DNA of 61,197 nucleotides, filler included, from Porpidia crustulata (GCA_964255105.1; 12 parts of 12 records of this genome joined end to end with filler, not necessarily neighbours in it); one strand, 5' to 3'. Shown: positions 24,476 to 36,965, counted from the first letter of the whole stretch. Notes: generated by a model not told the origin, from the letters alone. Numbers and translations: made by a program.

Positions 24476-25280
24476 GCAGAGGAGAGAGAATGTGGGCACT
24501 GCTATGGAGGCGCAGGATCGAAAGGAGACTTCTATCAAGCAGCAGGCAGATTCCGTTAAGAAGAACGCTAGGGATTGCAAATCAAGGCGTAGAGGAATGC
24601 AGAAAGCAATCTCAAGCCACCACTACTGAGAACGCGCCGTCGCGCCCGTACGGTCTAAAAGATATGTCGATTCACATTCCCCACAAGGTCATAGTTATTC
24701 ACATACGTTACCACAAAATGCGAACGCAAGTGTCTACTTTAACAATGTCCCACAGTCAAAGCCATCAAAGACTTTTAAGAAATCTGAAGGAAACCTCCCC
24801 AAAACGTCGCAAACCAGCCACGTTTTCCCTGCACCGAACAGAGGGGCGACCCCAAACGACGATCACTTGCCCTTTCTACGACTTCATGCCTCACGCGAGC
24901 CCACGCTCTTACTTTTGGGATCTGGAACAGTACTGGTGTCAGATCTGTCCTAGCCTTTACCTCTTACAGAAGGACCAAGTATGTATTCAGCGTCTGCATT
25001 TAACTATTAACCATGTCTCGAGGATTAAAGATCGGTGGTTACGTGTTGAGCTGGAGGAATCTGGAGCCTCAGAGCGAAGTCATACTGTAGTATACATGAC
25101 ACTTCGTAGGATTATGGAAAAGGACCATAGAGGCTTAGGCACTGAGTTTGGAGGCAGTTTATATGAGAAGTGGTCGGTCTCTGCACAACTGTTGACCAGG
25201 AGAATGTCTAAAGTTTCAGAGTATAGAAAGCTCATAAGTGTTGAAAACAGAGCATTGTTAGAACCCGCTTAGGACGGTAA

Positions 25281-25487
25281 GACATCTACGGCGTAGATGT
25301 CAGAACGTGACAGGACCCTGATCATAAGAGGATCACGGTCACGTGTCAATGACCCTAGGGGAAAGGGTCAAGGGGATCACCAAGCGACCTTGGTGATCCA
25401 GGATCAGGTTCGCCAGGTTCGACCAGCGAACCAATGTAACGGTTGTCCCTTTAACAACACAAGATATAAACAGAGAGAGTAATAGAC
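25281..25487. mobile_element. Probable transposon/LTR-end fragment with clustered inverted repeats at the contig end
   Basis: Perfect IRs at 25281-25301, 25350-25370 and 25374-25399; TGTCAG and TGTAAC starts; contig breaks shortly after. Confidence 0.3.
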
Positions 25488-26222
25488 NNNNNNNNNNNNN
25501 NNNNNNNNNNNNNNNNNNNNNNNNNNNNNNNTTAATTAATTAANNNNNNNNNNNNNNNNNNNNNNNNNNNNNNNNNNNNNNNNNNNNGTAAAGTGGGGTG
25601 TGCACGGGACCGGAACGTGCACGGGCCCGGGAATACTCCTAACGGAGAGCTAAGTTGAAACTCCGAAGGAGCAAGCAGAGCGTGTTACGAGACAATTAGT
25701 ACAACGATGAGATCGCGACAAATAGATAGATAGAAAGGTAGAACAAGGAAGTTTGAGGGCAGTAGATGAGGTGTTGTATGGTAAGAATACTAATGGGGGC
25801 ATGCCGTTCGTTCTACTGATGAGGCTTCAGTTTTGAAGCCAAAGGAGCCGATTCTCCGCCTCCACCCCCCGGGGTTGCCATCTAAAGTTGATAAAATCAA
25901 TACGGTATGAGCGACTAATAGGCACGAGAAATAGATATGCAATAGCGAATAGTGGCTGAATAGAGTGAGCAGGGCCTAAGCAGTGGTGAGTTGGGTGAGT
26001 AATGGGTGAATAGCCCCTGAGCAGAGCCGCGGCGGGGAGAGCCTCGTAGGGCTGCCCCACGTGCAGACGGCGGCCACAAATTTGGCGACTCGATGGACAA
26101 CCTTCGCCCAGAGCTCTCACCAAAGTCCATCAACGCGGATCAACCCAAAAAGGAGCATTCATGCGGCAGCTATATCACCACAAGACATTAGGTTCTATTC
26201 GCAACTGGTAGTACTTACCAAT

Positions 26223-29200
26223 ATGCAGCAACTTCCAGCTGCAGGCGAATCTGTGAAGGAGCAGGTGGTGGATACAGTTCCCAAACGGATCAAGGAGCTC
26301 AAATTTGGTCTGCCGTATGTCTGAAATCTAGAACTAGCTGTCTAATTGCTCTCTGAATCATTCACAGGTCGAACCAAGACATAGTCAACCAAAGCGTCAT
26401 AGAAATATGTGATCGAAATATCTACGACACTTCTAGGAACCGTGCAATCATGGTCAATGGTCCTCTTGATCCGCGAATGGGAACATCAAGTAAAAGTGGA
26501 TTCTGTGAGACATGCGGCGAAGCTCTGCAACAATGCAATGGTCACTTTGGTCTTGTCAAGTTGGTCTTGCCTGCGTTCCACATCGGCTATATGAAGATGA
26601 TAATTGCAACGCTGCAAAACATCTGCAAGGCACGAAAAAGCATCTTTCCAGAGATGCCGCAGACTGACCAGTTTATTCCAGGATTGTGCTTGTATACTGC
26701 TTCCGGAGAAGGAGCGGAGGCAGTTCCTTCGAGATTTGCGCCGGCCCAATATCGATAATCTAAGGCGCACACAGATATGCAAGAAGATCAACGACCAGTG
26801 TCGAAAGGCCAAGACATGCTTCTCGTGCGGATCGATCAATGGGCAGGTTAAGAAAGCTGGCCAGCATCCGTTGAAGCTCGTGCACGATCGCTTTAAAACC
26901 TTCAACAGCTCCAACGCGGCCAAAAAGATACCACCAATAGCAAAAATAATATTTGATAAGTCTCTCAACGATGCTCGCAAGGTCAATCCAGAAATAGAAA
27001 AGCACGCAAAGAAGGCGGTGGATGACTTGAACCCCCTGAGGGTCTTGAATCTCTTCAAACAGATTACCGCCCCTGACTGCGAATTACTAGGTATGAACCC
27101 AGCTGAAGGAAGGCCCGAACTATTTCTGTGGCAGTACGTCCCGGCTCCTCCCGTATGTATCCGTCCCTCGGTTCCGCAAGATGGATCAAGTACGGAGGAT
27201 GATATCACAGCCAAGCTATGCGACATAATCCATATTAATACACTCATTAAGCAAGGTCTAAAGAAAGGATTACCTGTACAAACTATTTTGGAGCAATGGG
27301 ATTTTCTTCAGGTCCAGATTGCGATGTACATCAATAGCGATGTGCCGGGCTTGCTACCCATGGGCTATCAAAAAACGATCCGAGGCTTCTGTCAGCGATT
27401 GAAAGGTAAACAGGGACGCTTTAGGGGTAACCTCTCAGGAAAGCGCGTTGACTTCTCTGGGCGTACCGTCATTTCTCCTGATCCGAATCTCGGCATTGAG
27501 GAAGTAGCTGTGCCAGAGCTTGTCGCTAAGAATCTCACCTATCCAGAAAAGGTATCTCGCTATAATATTGCTAAGCTGAGAACGCGAGTTAATAATGGAG
27601 CGAACAAATGGCCCGGTGCAAATTATGTGTGGAAAAAGGATCAAAATATTAAGCAGTTTCTAAAATATGGTAAATTGAGCGCCCATGCGGACCATCTCCA
27701 GATAGGCGATATTGTGGAACGGCACCTCGAGGATGGCGATATTGTGCTTTTCAACCGACAGCCCTCTCTTCATAAGCTCTCTATCCTCAGCCATTATGTC
27801 AAGGTCAGACCTCATCGGACCTTTCGTCTAAACGAATGTGTGTGCAATCCTTATAATGCCGATTTTGATGGAGATGAAATGAATTTGCATGTCCCACAGA
27901 CTGAAGAAGCCCGAATCGAGGCTATTGAGTTAATGGGAGTAAAGCATAATCTGGCAACACCAAAGAATGGAGAACCCATCATTTCTGCAATTCAAGATTT
28001 CATCACTGGAGCATACCTTCTCAGCAGTAAAGATAATTTCTATGACCGCAAGACCTTTGCCAATATCTGCATGTATATGGTTGATGGTAATGCGCAACTT
28101 GACTTGCCACCTCCAGCGGTGCTGAAGCCACAGATGCTTTGGACCGGGAAACAAGTCTTCAATATAATGATGCGCCCCAACAAGTCTTGTTCCAATCTTG
28201 TCAACCTGGACGCGGCATGCCGCGAGTATCGGGTCCAGGATAAGATACCGCGCGATCTTGATAAGAACGATGGCTGGCTAGTAATCCGGAATTCTGAAGT
28301 CATGTGTGGTGTTATGGACAAGTCTACCATAGGTTCTGGGAAGAAAGATTCGGTCTTTTATGTTCTCCTCCGTGATTTCGGACCTGATGCTGCGGTGCAG
28401 GCTATGAATCGTCTTGCCAAATTATCAGCTCGGTGGCTCACCAACCAGGGATTCTCAATTGGTATCAGCGACGTATATCCGGGTGAAAAGCTGGTCGAAC
28501 TAAAGAAGCAGCTCGTGGAAACAGCATATGCACAATGCGACGGGGTGATCGAAAAGTTCAAATCTCAGGAGCTTGAAAAAGCCCCGGGCTGTGACGAGGA
28601 GCAGACGATGGAAAACCTAATATCTGGTATACTGAGCAAAGTTCGGCAGCAAGCGGGCGACCACTGTATTGCAGAGCTCAGCAGATGGAATTCGCCGCTG
28701 ATAATGGCGACGTCCGGTTCGAAAGGTTCAAACATCAACGTCTCGCAGATGGTTGCTGTTGTAGGACAGCAGATCATTGGCGGTAAACGTGTGCAAGACG
28801 GTTTCCAAGATCGAAGTCTTCCCCATTTTCCTAAGAATTCTCGTGAACCACCATCGAAAGGTTTTGTGAGGAACAGCTTTTTCTCTGGTCTGACACCCAC
28901 AGAATTCCTCTTCCACGCAATATCTGGTCGAGAAGGGTTGGTCGACACAGCGGTAAAGACTGCCGAGACAGGATACATGTCTCGACGGTTGATGAAGTCG
29001 CTTGAAGACCTGTCTACCCAGTATGATCATACTGTGCGAAATTCGTCTTCGAATGTCGTACAGTTCCAGTATGGTGATGATAAGCTTGATCCAGTAGATA
29101 TGGAGGGCAAAGCTAAACCGGTCCATTTCGAAAGAACTTTCACGCACGCTGAGGTAGGCTTGCCCTTTGTTCAGATCTTTTACTATACTAAGTTTGCACT

Positions 29201-30600
29201 AGGCCACTACTTGGGACAATACAGAGCGAAGTTTGCTTCCTTGGGAGATTATTCTTTCATGTACCGAGCTGCTGGCTCATGAGCGTAATAAGCTGAAACG
29301 CTTCTCCGCCAGCGGGATTGAGCTGGACTTCAATGATCGAAGCGACAATGGAATCGATAACTTGGAGAGTGCTAGAGATTTTATGCAGTCTATCGAGGAA
29401 TTTGTAAACCGAAAGGCTCATAAGCTGGCAGATGCTCGAACAAAAAAGGGCATATTAGATGGACTCGATAAAGGTAAGCTTGCACGATGGAGGCCGCCTC
29501 GTTGGCAGTTCAAAGTTGCTGGGGAGTTTCTAGAGCGTATTGCCAAGCTATCAAAAACCACATTGACAGCGTTTGTCGCTGCATGTTTGAAGAAATACTT
29601 CAGGGCTCAAACCGAATATGGTCATGCAGTTGGTGCAGTGGGCGCCCAGTCTATCGGAGAACCCGGCACCCAAATGACCTTGAAGACGTTCCATTTTGCT
29701 GGTGTTGCCGGAATGAGCATAACCCAAGGTGTACCGCGTATCAAGGAAATTATCAATGCGTCTCGTACCATTAGTACACCCGTGATTAGCTGCGAGCTTC
29801 ATAGCAAAACAGATATTACAGCGGCTCGCGTTGTAAAAGGTCGTATAGAAAAGACGTTTCTCAAGGATATTGTTTACTGGATTGAGGATGTTTGGTCAGC
29901 CACTGGCAGCTATCTGGCCTTGAGAGTGGACGTTGAAACAATAGGCCGTCTCCAACTTGACATTACGCCCCACGACATCGTGAGCGCCATCGTCAAGCAC
30001 AAAAAGCTCAAGCTTAAGAGGGAATACATCAAATGCTATCGAGAACACATCCGCATCGACGTCACCGCCGTAGACCGCTGGAAAGGCGTCAAAGCAAAAG
30101 TCCGCGAAGACGTCGACCTCTTCCTCCGCGTCCAGACCATCAAGCGCATGCTCCCCGACGTCCCCATCCGCGGCTACCCCGAAGCCACGCGCGCCGTCAT
30201 CAAAACCGACGACGCCGGCCGCAACGCCCTCCTGGTCGAAGGCTACGGCCTCCGCGCCTGCATGACCACGCAGGGCGTCAACGGCCTCGCCACGAAAACC
30301 AACTCGGTCATGGAGATGCGCGACGTGCTGGGCATCGAAGCGGCGCGCAAGACCATCATCGACGAGATCGGCGTCGTCATGGGCGACATGGACATCGACC
30401 CGCGGCACATGCAGCTGCTGGCCGACGTCATGACCTACAAGGGTGAGGTCCTCGGCATCACCCGCTTCGGGCTCGGCAAGATGCGCGACAGCGTGCTGCA
30501 GCTCGCCAGCTTCGAGAAGACGCCCGATCATTTGTTCGAGGCCGCGTGGCATATGAAGCGCGATCGCGTCGAGGGCGTCAGCGAGTGCATTATTATGGGC
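26223..30600 (+). CDS. RPC1: RNA polymerase III largest subunit (3'-truncated); introns 26315-26367, 26630-26681 (GC-AG), 29154-29202
   Basis: [12 protein letters not shown]...[51 protein letters not shown], Pol III-type FRLNECVC and [30 protein letters not shown]. Confidence 0.97.
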
Positions 30601-30700
30601 NNNNNNNNNNNNNNNNNNNNNNNNNNNNNNNNNNNNNNNNNNNNTTAATTAATTAANNNNNNNNNNNNNNNNNNNNNNNNNNNNNNNNNNNNNNNNNNNN

Positions 30701-32235
30701 AAGTTCTGGTGGGGGAGGAGTGTCACGTCCTTGGCCGCGTGGGGCGGAGGGCCCAGAGGTAGCCGGGGAGAAGAGGTCGATGGCAGGTGGTGCGGGTGTC
30801 TCAGGGAAAGTATTCACGGGCTGGATGTGGTCGATTTTGGCACCTAATCCCTTGGGACGGGGTACTGGCTCACCGGATGCTTCTTTTTCTTTTGGTCGAG
30901 GTCGACTTTTGGCTTTACTGGCCATAGCATCCTTGAGTTCACCTAACGTGTCTTTTGAGACACTTCCTTTGACCTTGGTAGGCGAGTTCATCGGATCGGT
31001 ATTTGCATTTTCTAGAAGAGATTTTAGCAGAAATAGCAAGGATGGGGCAACGGAAGAAACTTACTAGGGCCAAGTGCCTTTCGAGCGGTGGTTGTTGCTG
31101 CAACCTCTCTAGTTCTATCACGGCTCATTTCTCTAACAGTGGCGAGATCTTGAGATACTTTCTGCCCGATTGACTGTGCTATCTTTTCGCCATCCGGTTT
31201 GATCCCGGTGGTGATTGAAGCTACATCCTTACAGTTGAAGCGGAAAATGTTCTTCTCGGAGACCTTTTCTGTGGGGTCTTCGTCATCTCTAACATTTAAT
31301 TTCCTTTTTGCACCGGATCTCAAAGGCTGATCCGTTGTAGATTGTATACCTGTTGGCTGTACAGGACGAGAAGTGGCTTCTAGATTATGTGAACTCTCTC
31401 TCCTTTTTCTCCGAGTTTCTAGATTCACAGATAGCTGGGGCTCTACTCCGTCTGCGGCGGTATCCGTGTCTTTTCTGGAGGGTTTTGCTTGGTCGTGGTC
31501 AAACTTGATAGGATCTCCTTCTTCAAAGTGAGCAACAGGCGGAGGTCCAAGATCCGGCGAATCAGTAACATTCTCGGGCTCCGCAAGCATGCCCAGTAGC
31601 TCTTCAGCGCTACATCACTGTTAGTATCTCATGTGCCAACACGACAGTGTACATACTCCAAAGTTCGTCTCGGAAAGTATTTGTCCTCCACAATTGGGGG
31701 TAGCCGGCCATCTGTACCCCCTGTTACTTCCGATATCGTAAGAGTGTTCTTCCAGTTCTTTTGATCAGGAGATCTTTTAGGAGATTTCCGGATATATGAT
31801 TTCCTTCGGGGTGATCGGGTACTTTTCTGAACAACCCCAAGCTCTTGCACCAGACTCCCTAGCTCTGTCAACTTTGCCTCCAATCTACCCCTAATGTCTT
31901 CCATGCTCTCCGTAGCGTCTCGACCAGGACTGTTATCGAGTTCATACTGCAGCTTAATGCACTGCTCTCGGAAGGCAATATTCTCTGCGAGGAGCCGAGA
32001 TGTTTCGCTCTCGAGATTCCTTATGCGAAGCGACTGCGTTGAGTTTGCCCTAGTAGCTATTAGTTGAGTCTACCTAGGTACGAGTCGCACAGACTTTGCA
32101 ATCTCTCTATTTTGACGGACAAATCGACGTTTCACTGTAGATATTTAGCTTCTATCTTGGTTTCGGCGATCGTAGTCTCAACCCACAAGCATCAATAGAT
32201 TCAACAGAGGGCGCAGGCTCATTCAGACGTGCCAT
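30701..32235 (-). CDS. SGO1: Shugoshin (multi-exon, 3'-truncated)
   Basis: MARLNEP...L/KRRFVRQNREIAK/ANSTQSLRIRNLESETSRLLAENIAFREQ coiled coil; LPPIVEDKYFPRRTL; DSPDLGPPPVAHF; RKALGPK. The C-terminal SGO motif is not present in the contig. Confidence 0.85.
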
Positions 32236-32314
32236 GGAAGATTTGTTCTTACAGTATCAAATAGGAGAATAAGTTTTCAACATAATGGTTGGCGCTTGTC
32301 AGAATCTGCAGTGG

Positions 32315-32374
32315 GCGCGTGTGTGTTGAACTCGTTCATTGATGGTTGCTATCGAAAGCAAATCATGTAAACAA
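32315..32374. promoter_or_regulatory. Bidirectional SGO1/DAD2 promoter with RFX-like half-site and forkhead site
   Basis: GCGCGT 32315-32320, GGTTGCTAT 32344-32352 and GTAAACAA 32367-32374 lie in the 297-bp gap between start codons. Confidence 0.5.
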
Positions 32375-32532
32375 AGCGGCGGCCGTAATTCCGCTCCGTA
32401 GCCCTACAGCCCTACAAGGTTTCCAAAATCACGATGAACATGACCAAGATTTTGAAATTGGATACAAGGCCAGACTATCCTTCTGCCAATTTCAACCAAG
32501 AGCCACGGACCCGAAACCATTATCTACCCACC

Positions 32533-33082
32533 ATGTCCTACCAAAATCGATCCATCAACCCTGGATTGCGACATCCTTCGATGGGTGGTTCACAGGCTTC
32601 ATTGGGCCAATCGCCCATGCTAGTGGCTCGAATCAACGAGAAGAGAGCAGAATTGGAGAACTTGAGACAGCTACGGGACTTGAGTGCAGGATTGGCGACG
32701 CAGATGCAAACGCTCGAAGAGAAACTATCGACGTTGTCTGATGGCACAGAAGGTCCGTCAAGGCTAGCTACAAAAACAGGCTGAAGGCTGACGAATGCTG
32801 AGCAGCGGTTGCTGCTGTTTTATCTAATTGGCATAATGTTCTGCGAGCAATCAACATGGCATCGAGTAAGCAATGGCGAGGCCACTGACAGCAGCTATAC
32901 ATTGCTAATTATTTGCAGTGAAAATGCCAAAGCCAAAAAGTACGGAAGATGAAAGCCAAAATATACAGAGCCACGCAGTTCCTAATTCAGAAGTACCATT
33001 ACCACAAACGCTTGTACGAATACCAGTTGAAACTGGGTCTCAACAACTGGAACCCCAGGAAAGCTCAAGATCGCAAGGCTGA
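32533..33082 (+). CDS. DAD2: DASH/Dam1 complex subunit Dad2 (3 exons)
   Basis: LVARINEKRAELENLRQLRDLS..LA.QM..LEEKLSTLSDGTE/AVAAVLSNWHNVLRAINMAS/...PLPQTLVRIP; stop at 33080-33082. Confidence 0.92.
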
Positions 33083-33378
33083 GTCCTTTTTCACTGTTCA
33101 CTCTCTCGTTTCCCACGTCCTATGCTGTAGGTATAGGGTACAGACTGCCATATTGCTCGAAAATCTACAAAATACCCTGGGCCGGCGTTCAGCGACATGA
33201 TAGGTAGTGCTGGTCCTGGTGCATCAAAAGGTCTTCTTGGATACGTATGGCAGAAGCTAACGCAATGTCGATTGTCAGCAATAGAATCGTTTGATTCGGT
33301 CCGACATTTAAAGAATGAAAGCCTCCGTGTTCGAAGTATCAAGTTTGTTTCAGATTCTTCTGAGTCACCTCATTCAAG

Positions 33379-33448
33379 ACGCGTTGAGAGCATGGGCGCG
33401 TTATGAGGTCGCGCTAACTTCGGTACGACCCGGTTGCTATGTAAACAA
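33379..33448 (+). promoter_or_regulatory. MCB + RFX-like + forkhead motifs upstream of the 33610 gene
   Basis: ACGCGT 33379-33384; GGTTGCTAT directly fused to GTAAACAA at 33432-33448. Confidence 0.5.
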
Positions 33449-33609
33449 TTGGCCCTCATCACTGGGCCTCTACAACATCCTAACCTGATGCTCAGAACAA
33501 ATATTTCCTTGAACTCTTGCCAATGAGTAATACCAGCTAGATTTCCCAGCACCTGCAGTATTCAAATACCATACAAATTCCCCTTTGTTGAATTTCAAAT
33601 ACTTAAAGT

Positions 33610-35559
33610 ATGCCTCGCGTTACTCGCGCCGCACTTCGCTCAAATGCGCTTTTAGAAGAGTCGACCACAGCGGCGTTGACACCTTTAGCTTTGATACCGG
33701 TCAAAGAACGCGTCGCTCTTGGAGAGATCACCGATAATCGGACAAGGGAGATGCCTACACTAGAATCGATTGGAGAGGTCAAACAGACAGGGAAAATGGA
33801 TTCTGGTAAGTCGGGATGCGGCAAAGGAAAGAAAGGGAAAGTTGTGAAAAAAGGGAAAAAGCAGGTTCAGAAGATTGAGGGAGGTAACGTCGAGGTCCTG
33901 GAAGACGACAATCAAAGTGACGCAAGCTCCGCGGTGGAAGAAGCTTGTCAGGATCTCATGAAGGAATGCTCTGGAGGTAATACACTAATTTACCCCTTAA
34001 TATCGGGACCTCGCTGACTAGGGACGTCAATAGAAATCCATCAGGTCGTTCTGCACGACCAGCGCCCACGCAGCCCACCTTCACCAGCCGTTTTTGCGCT
34101 TCGGAATGTGCTGTCCCCCAAAGCTAAGACACCGCGTTTTGACCCGAAGATACACAAGTCAGACATAACCATGACCACCCCTGTTACAGACAGTCAAGAC
34201 GAATTTGCCAATGCAGTTGTCTCTCAGACCCCAGCCAGAATATTGTCTATTGACGGGGCTATGGAGGATACTAGCAAATCACCAATTGAGAATGTCGCGA
34301 CTCCGCTCGAAGAAGTCTCGTTTGCAGCACAAATACAGACGGGATCCCCAGCGAAGTCAAGTAGTCGAATTGAAGACTCAATGGAAGCTATTGATGCATT
34401 CGAGGACGAAATTGAGAAAATGGGAGAGCTTTTTCCGGTACTAAAGGATGAACCGCAACTGCCAACGGAGGGGACGAACAAGGGGGGATTGTTCGGCGAA
34501 TTCGTTGATAAGTCGACAAACCTTGAGCGAAAAGCCTCAGGAAAGTCAAAACCAGTAACTGCGATGGCGGGTGGCCCCAAAGTAGTGCGCAAGGCAACCA
34601 ATCCAACTCCAGCTCAAACCCCGGCAACGCGTTCAAAGCAGCTTACAACCAGGAAAACAACAGCAGCGGCAGGTGTCTCAAGGTTGTCATCCATAAAAAG
34701 AACCCCAATTCCCAAGATTTCTCCCACGCTTGGACCCGCAAAAGCCCCAGCACCCACCCACGCGCGCGTCAGCTCCCTCCAAAAGGCACCTTTCCAGCCA
34801 GCCAAATCCTCAAAACCGCCTACGCGCCCCAGCTTCGAGCTGCCGGGCGAAGCCATCTCCCGCAAACTAAAGGAGCAGCGCGAAGAGCGCCTCAAAAAGG
34901 AAGGCCAAGGCGAAGTCCAGAAAAAGACCTTTAAAGCCCGACCTGTACGCCTGAGCCACGCCCCTGTGGTCAAACCTACTGCAACTAGCAAGGCCCGCAT
35001 GAGCCTAGCGAAGGCGGATCCTACCGAACGCACGACTGTCAAGAACCAAGCACCGGCAATCAAACCCCTGACCCCTCGCATATCCATGGCTACTAACGAT
35101 AAAAATAAACGCCTCTCCACTCTCCGCGTCGGCAAACGCATCTCTACTGTTCCTACCAACAAACCCGCGTGCGCGGCTCGTGGACCCTCCCTTGGCGGCT
35201 CTACCATCTCTTGCACCACATCCTTGACCCCCCGCAACTCACTCCTCACAACTACGAGCGCTCCCCGCGCAGCAAACGCTCCTCCGGCAGCGACCGGCGT
35301 CCGTCAGACCTCAAGAGGCAAAGAGGTCTTCGGCAGAACGAAGGTAGAGCTCGAGGCGCGTGACAAGGAGAGGAAGGAGAAAGAGGAGGCGGCGAGGAAG
35401 GCGAGGGTGGAGGCGGCGGAGAGGGGGAGGCTGGCGAGTCGGATGTGGGCGGAGAGGCAGAAGGTTAGGAAAATGGGGGGTGGGGCTGGTGCGGCGGTAG
35501 AGGCGAAGGTGACTAGAGAGGGAGAGACAGAGGCGGGGGTGCAGGAGGTGGTGGGGTGA
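33610..35559 (+). CDS. Basic, disordered protein with FKARP motif and C-terminal coiled coil; candidate TPX2-like microtubule-associated protein (intron 33977-34033)
   Basis: MPRVTRAALRS, RVALGEIT, RIEDSMEAIDAFEDEIE, KSSKPPTRPSFELPGEAISRKLKEQREERL, FKARPV, RGKEVF.R...AAERGRLASRMWAE. Confidence 0.75.
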
Positions 35560-36620
35560 TGGTGTGGTTTGATGAATTCAAAGTAAGTAGGAGCGGGAGT
35601 ATCACGGGGTGTAGACTCGGGAAAGACCCGGTTTGATATCGGTCGTTGGGGCCTGTCTCTCCCTGCATCATGAGCATCGTGAGCATCAGAACATCCCATA
35701 GTCTCACGGNNNNNNNNNNNNNNNNNNNNNNNNNNNNNNNNNNNNNNNNNNNNTTAATTAATTAANNNNNNNNNNNNNNNNNNNNNNNNNNNNNNNNNNN
35801 NNNNNNNNNAGGTAGAGGAGTAAGGGAGTACGGGAGTACGGGAGTTGAAGGAAGGTAAACCGGGGGGGAGGGGGTGAATGGGATTGTGTCTGCGTGTTTG
35901 TTTGCAGCAGTAGATACTTTTTTACCATTAGGTTTTCTTTCGACTATGTGGCCGGCTAGAAATTACGACGTCACATGCGTCTTGTTTGCTCCTCTTGTTG
36001 TCCGTATTCAAACGTATTCACCACCTCTGCAAAACCTCGGTCGCTTATAATTCAACTTCTCATACCCTATTCGTGACCCCGAAAAAGTTTTGGCGAACAA
36101 CTTGAGATTTATTATGATTGTACTGTTAGAAATAGCAATAACGAGGCACAGAAGACATGAAGGGTGTGCTACAATGATGGATGATCTTCTCCAGTGCAGC
36201 GGACTTCCCGTACAGCGGATTTTTTAGGTGTTGAAACCAGGTTTACGTAGAGATTGTGAAGAGGGAGAATTTTACAAAGATTCTACCAGAGTTGGTCACG
36301 ACAAATAGTGTGTAGGAAGAGGGTTTCGTGATCGTATCGATTGAGATTTCTTTTGTGTAAAGCAATTAGGAAATGACGCTTAGAGGCTCTGATTATTCTT
36401 GATACGGTTCTAGAGCGACGCGTAGAAGAGGTAGAGTAGGGAGAGGCAGCAAGAATGCTTGCTGAGTGTTGCTTCCCTATAAGACCATGGATATTAAAAC
36501 TCCCAAGCAAGCAGTGTGAATAAGATAAGAGTTGCAGGCTAAAAGATAATAGTGCTCAGTATCTGATGACAGGGATACTCTCTGAAGCCCGGATATGAAG
36601 CCGTTGGGCCTCGTGTCTGC

Positions 36621-36965
36621 CTATTTCGATTGCCACGACCAGCGTCCATGTGCCCATCGACTCGCCTCCTTATTTCGTTCCCCCATGTCGTTAATAAAGC
36701 GATTCTTTTCTTCTTCCCTCTTTTCCCTAGCTTCGGCCTCCCGAGCTTCCCTCGTCTCCTTGTCTTTCCTTGCCTGTTCTTCCTTCTGGGAAATTATATC
36801 GCTTAAGTTCTCAGCGTTGCTAACGATCTCCTTTCGATCAGCTAATCTAAGCTCACCCAGGACGATGCTGAGTAATTCTTTGGCTTGATTGGGGTCTGCT
36901 GTCCATAGTGCTCGGAGGTTGCTTCGGATGTCCTCACTCAGACTCGGTGTGAAATAGGCGCTCAT
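36621..36965 (-). CDS. Small orphan protein A (114 aa), member of local three-gene family
   Basis: ATG in ACCATG context; helical N-terminal motif with DP at 24-25; charged coiled-coil tail; ungapped similarity to the ORFs at 38393 and 39275. Confidence 0.6.
   Translation of the reverse strand: MSAYFTPSLSEDIRSNLRALWTADPNQAKELLSIVLGELRLADRKEIVSNAENLSDIISQKEEQARKDKETREAREAEAREKREEEKNRFINDMGERNKEASRWAHGRWSWQSK

Noticed and set aside
24490..25272. 260-aa ORF after the membrane protein gene
   Set aside because: No recognisable motif or protein-like composition; it overlaps the probable 3' UTR. Cannot be supported, though not excluded.
25588..26120. GC-rich, GTGCACGGG-duplicated region upstream of RPC1 as a possible ncRNA (U2, RNase P/MRP)
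   Set aside because: I could not find the conserved boxes of these RNAs; more likely promoter or 5' UTR of a divergent gene.
29896..30552. Long antisense and alternate-frame ORFs over RPC1 (also over ULP1, the PAQR gene and the SDRs)
   Set aside because: Shadow ORFs caused by GC-rich codon usage of the real genes.
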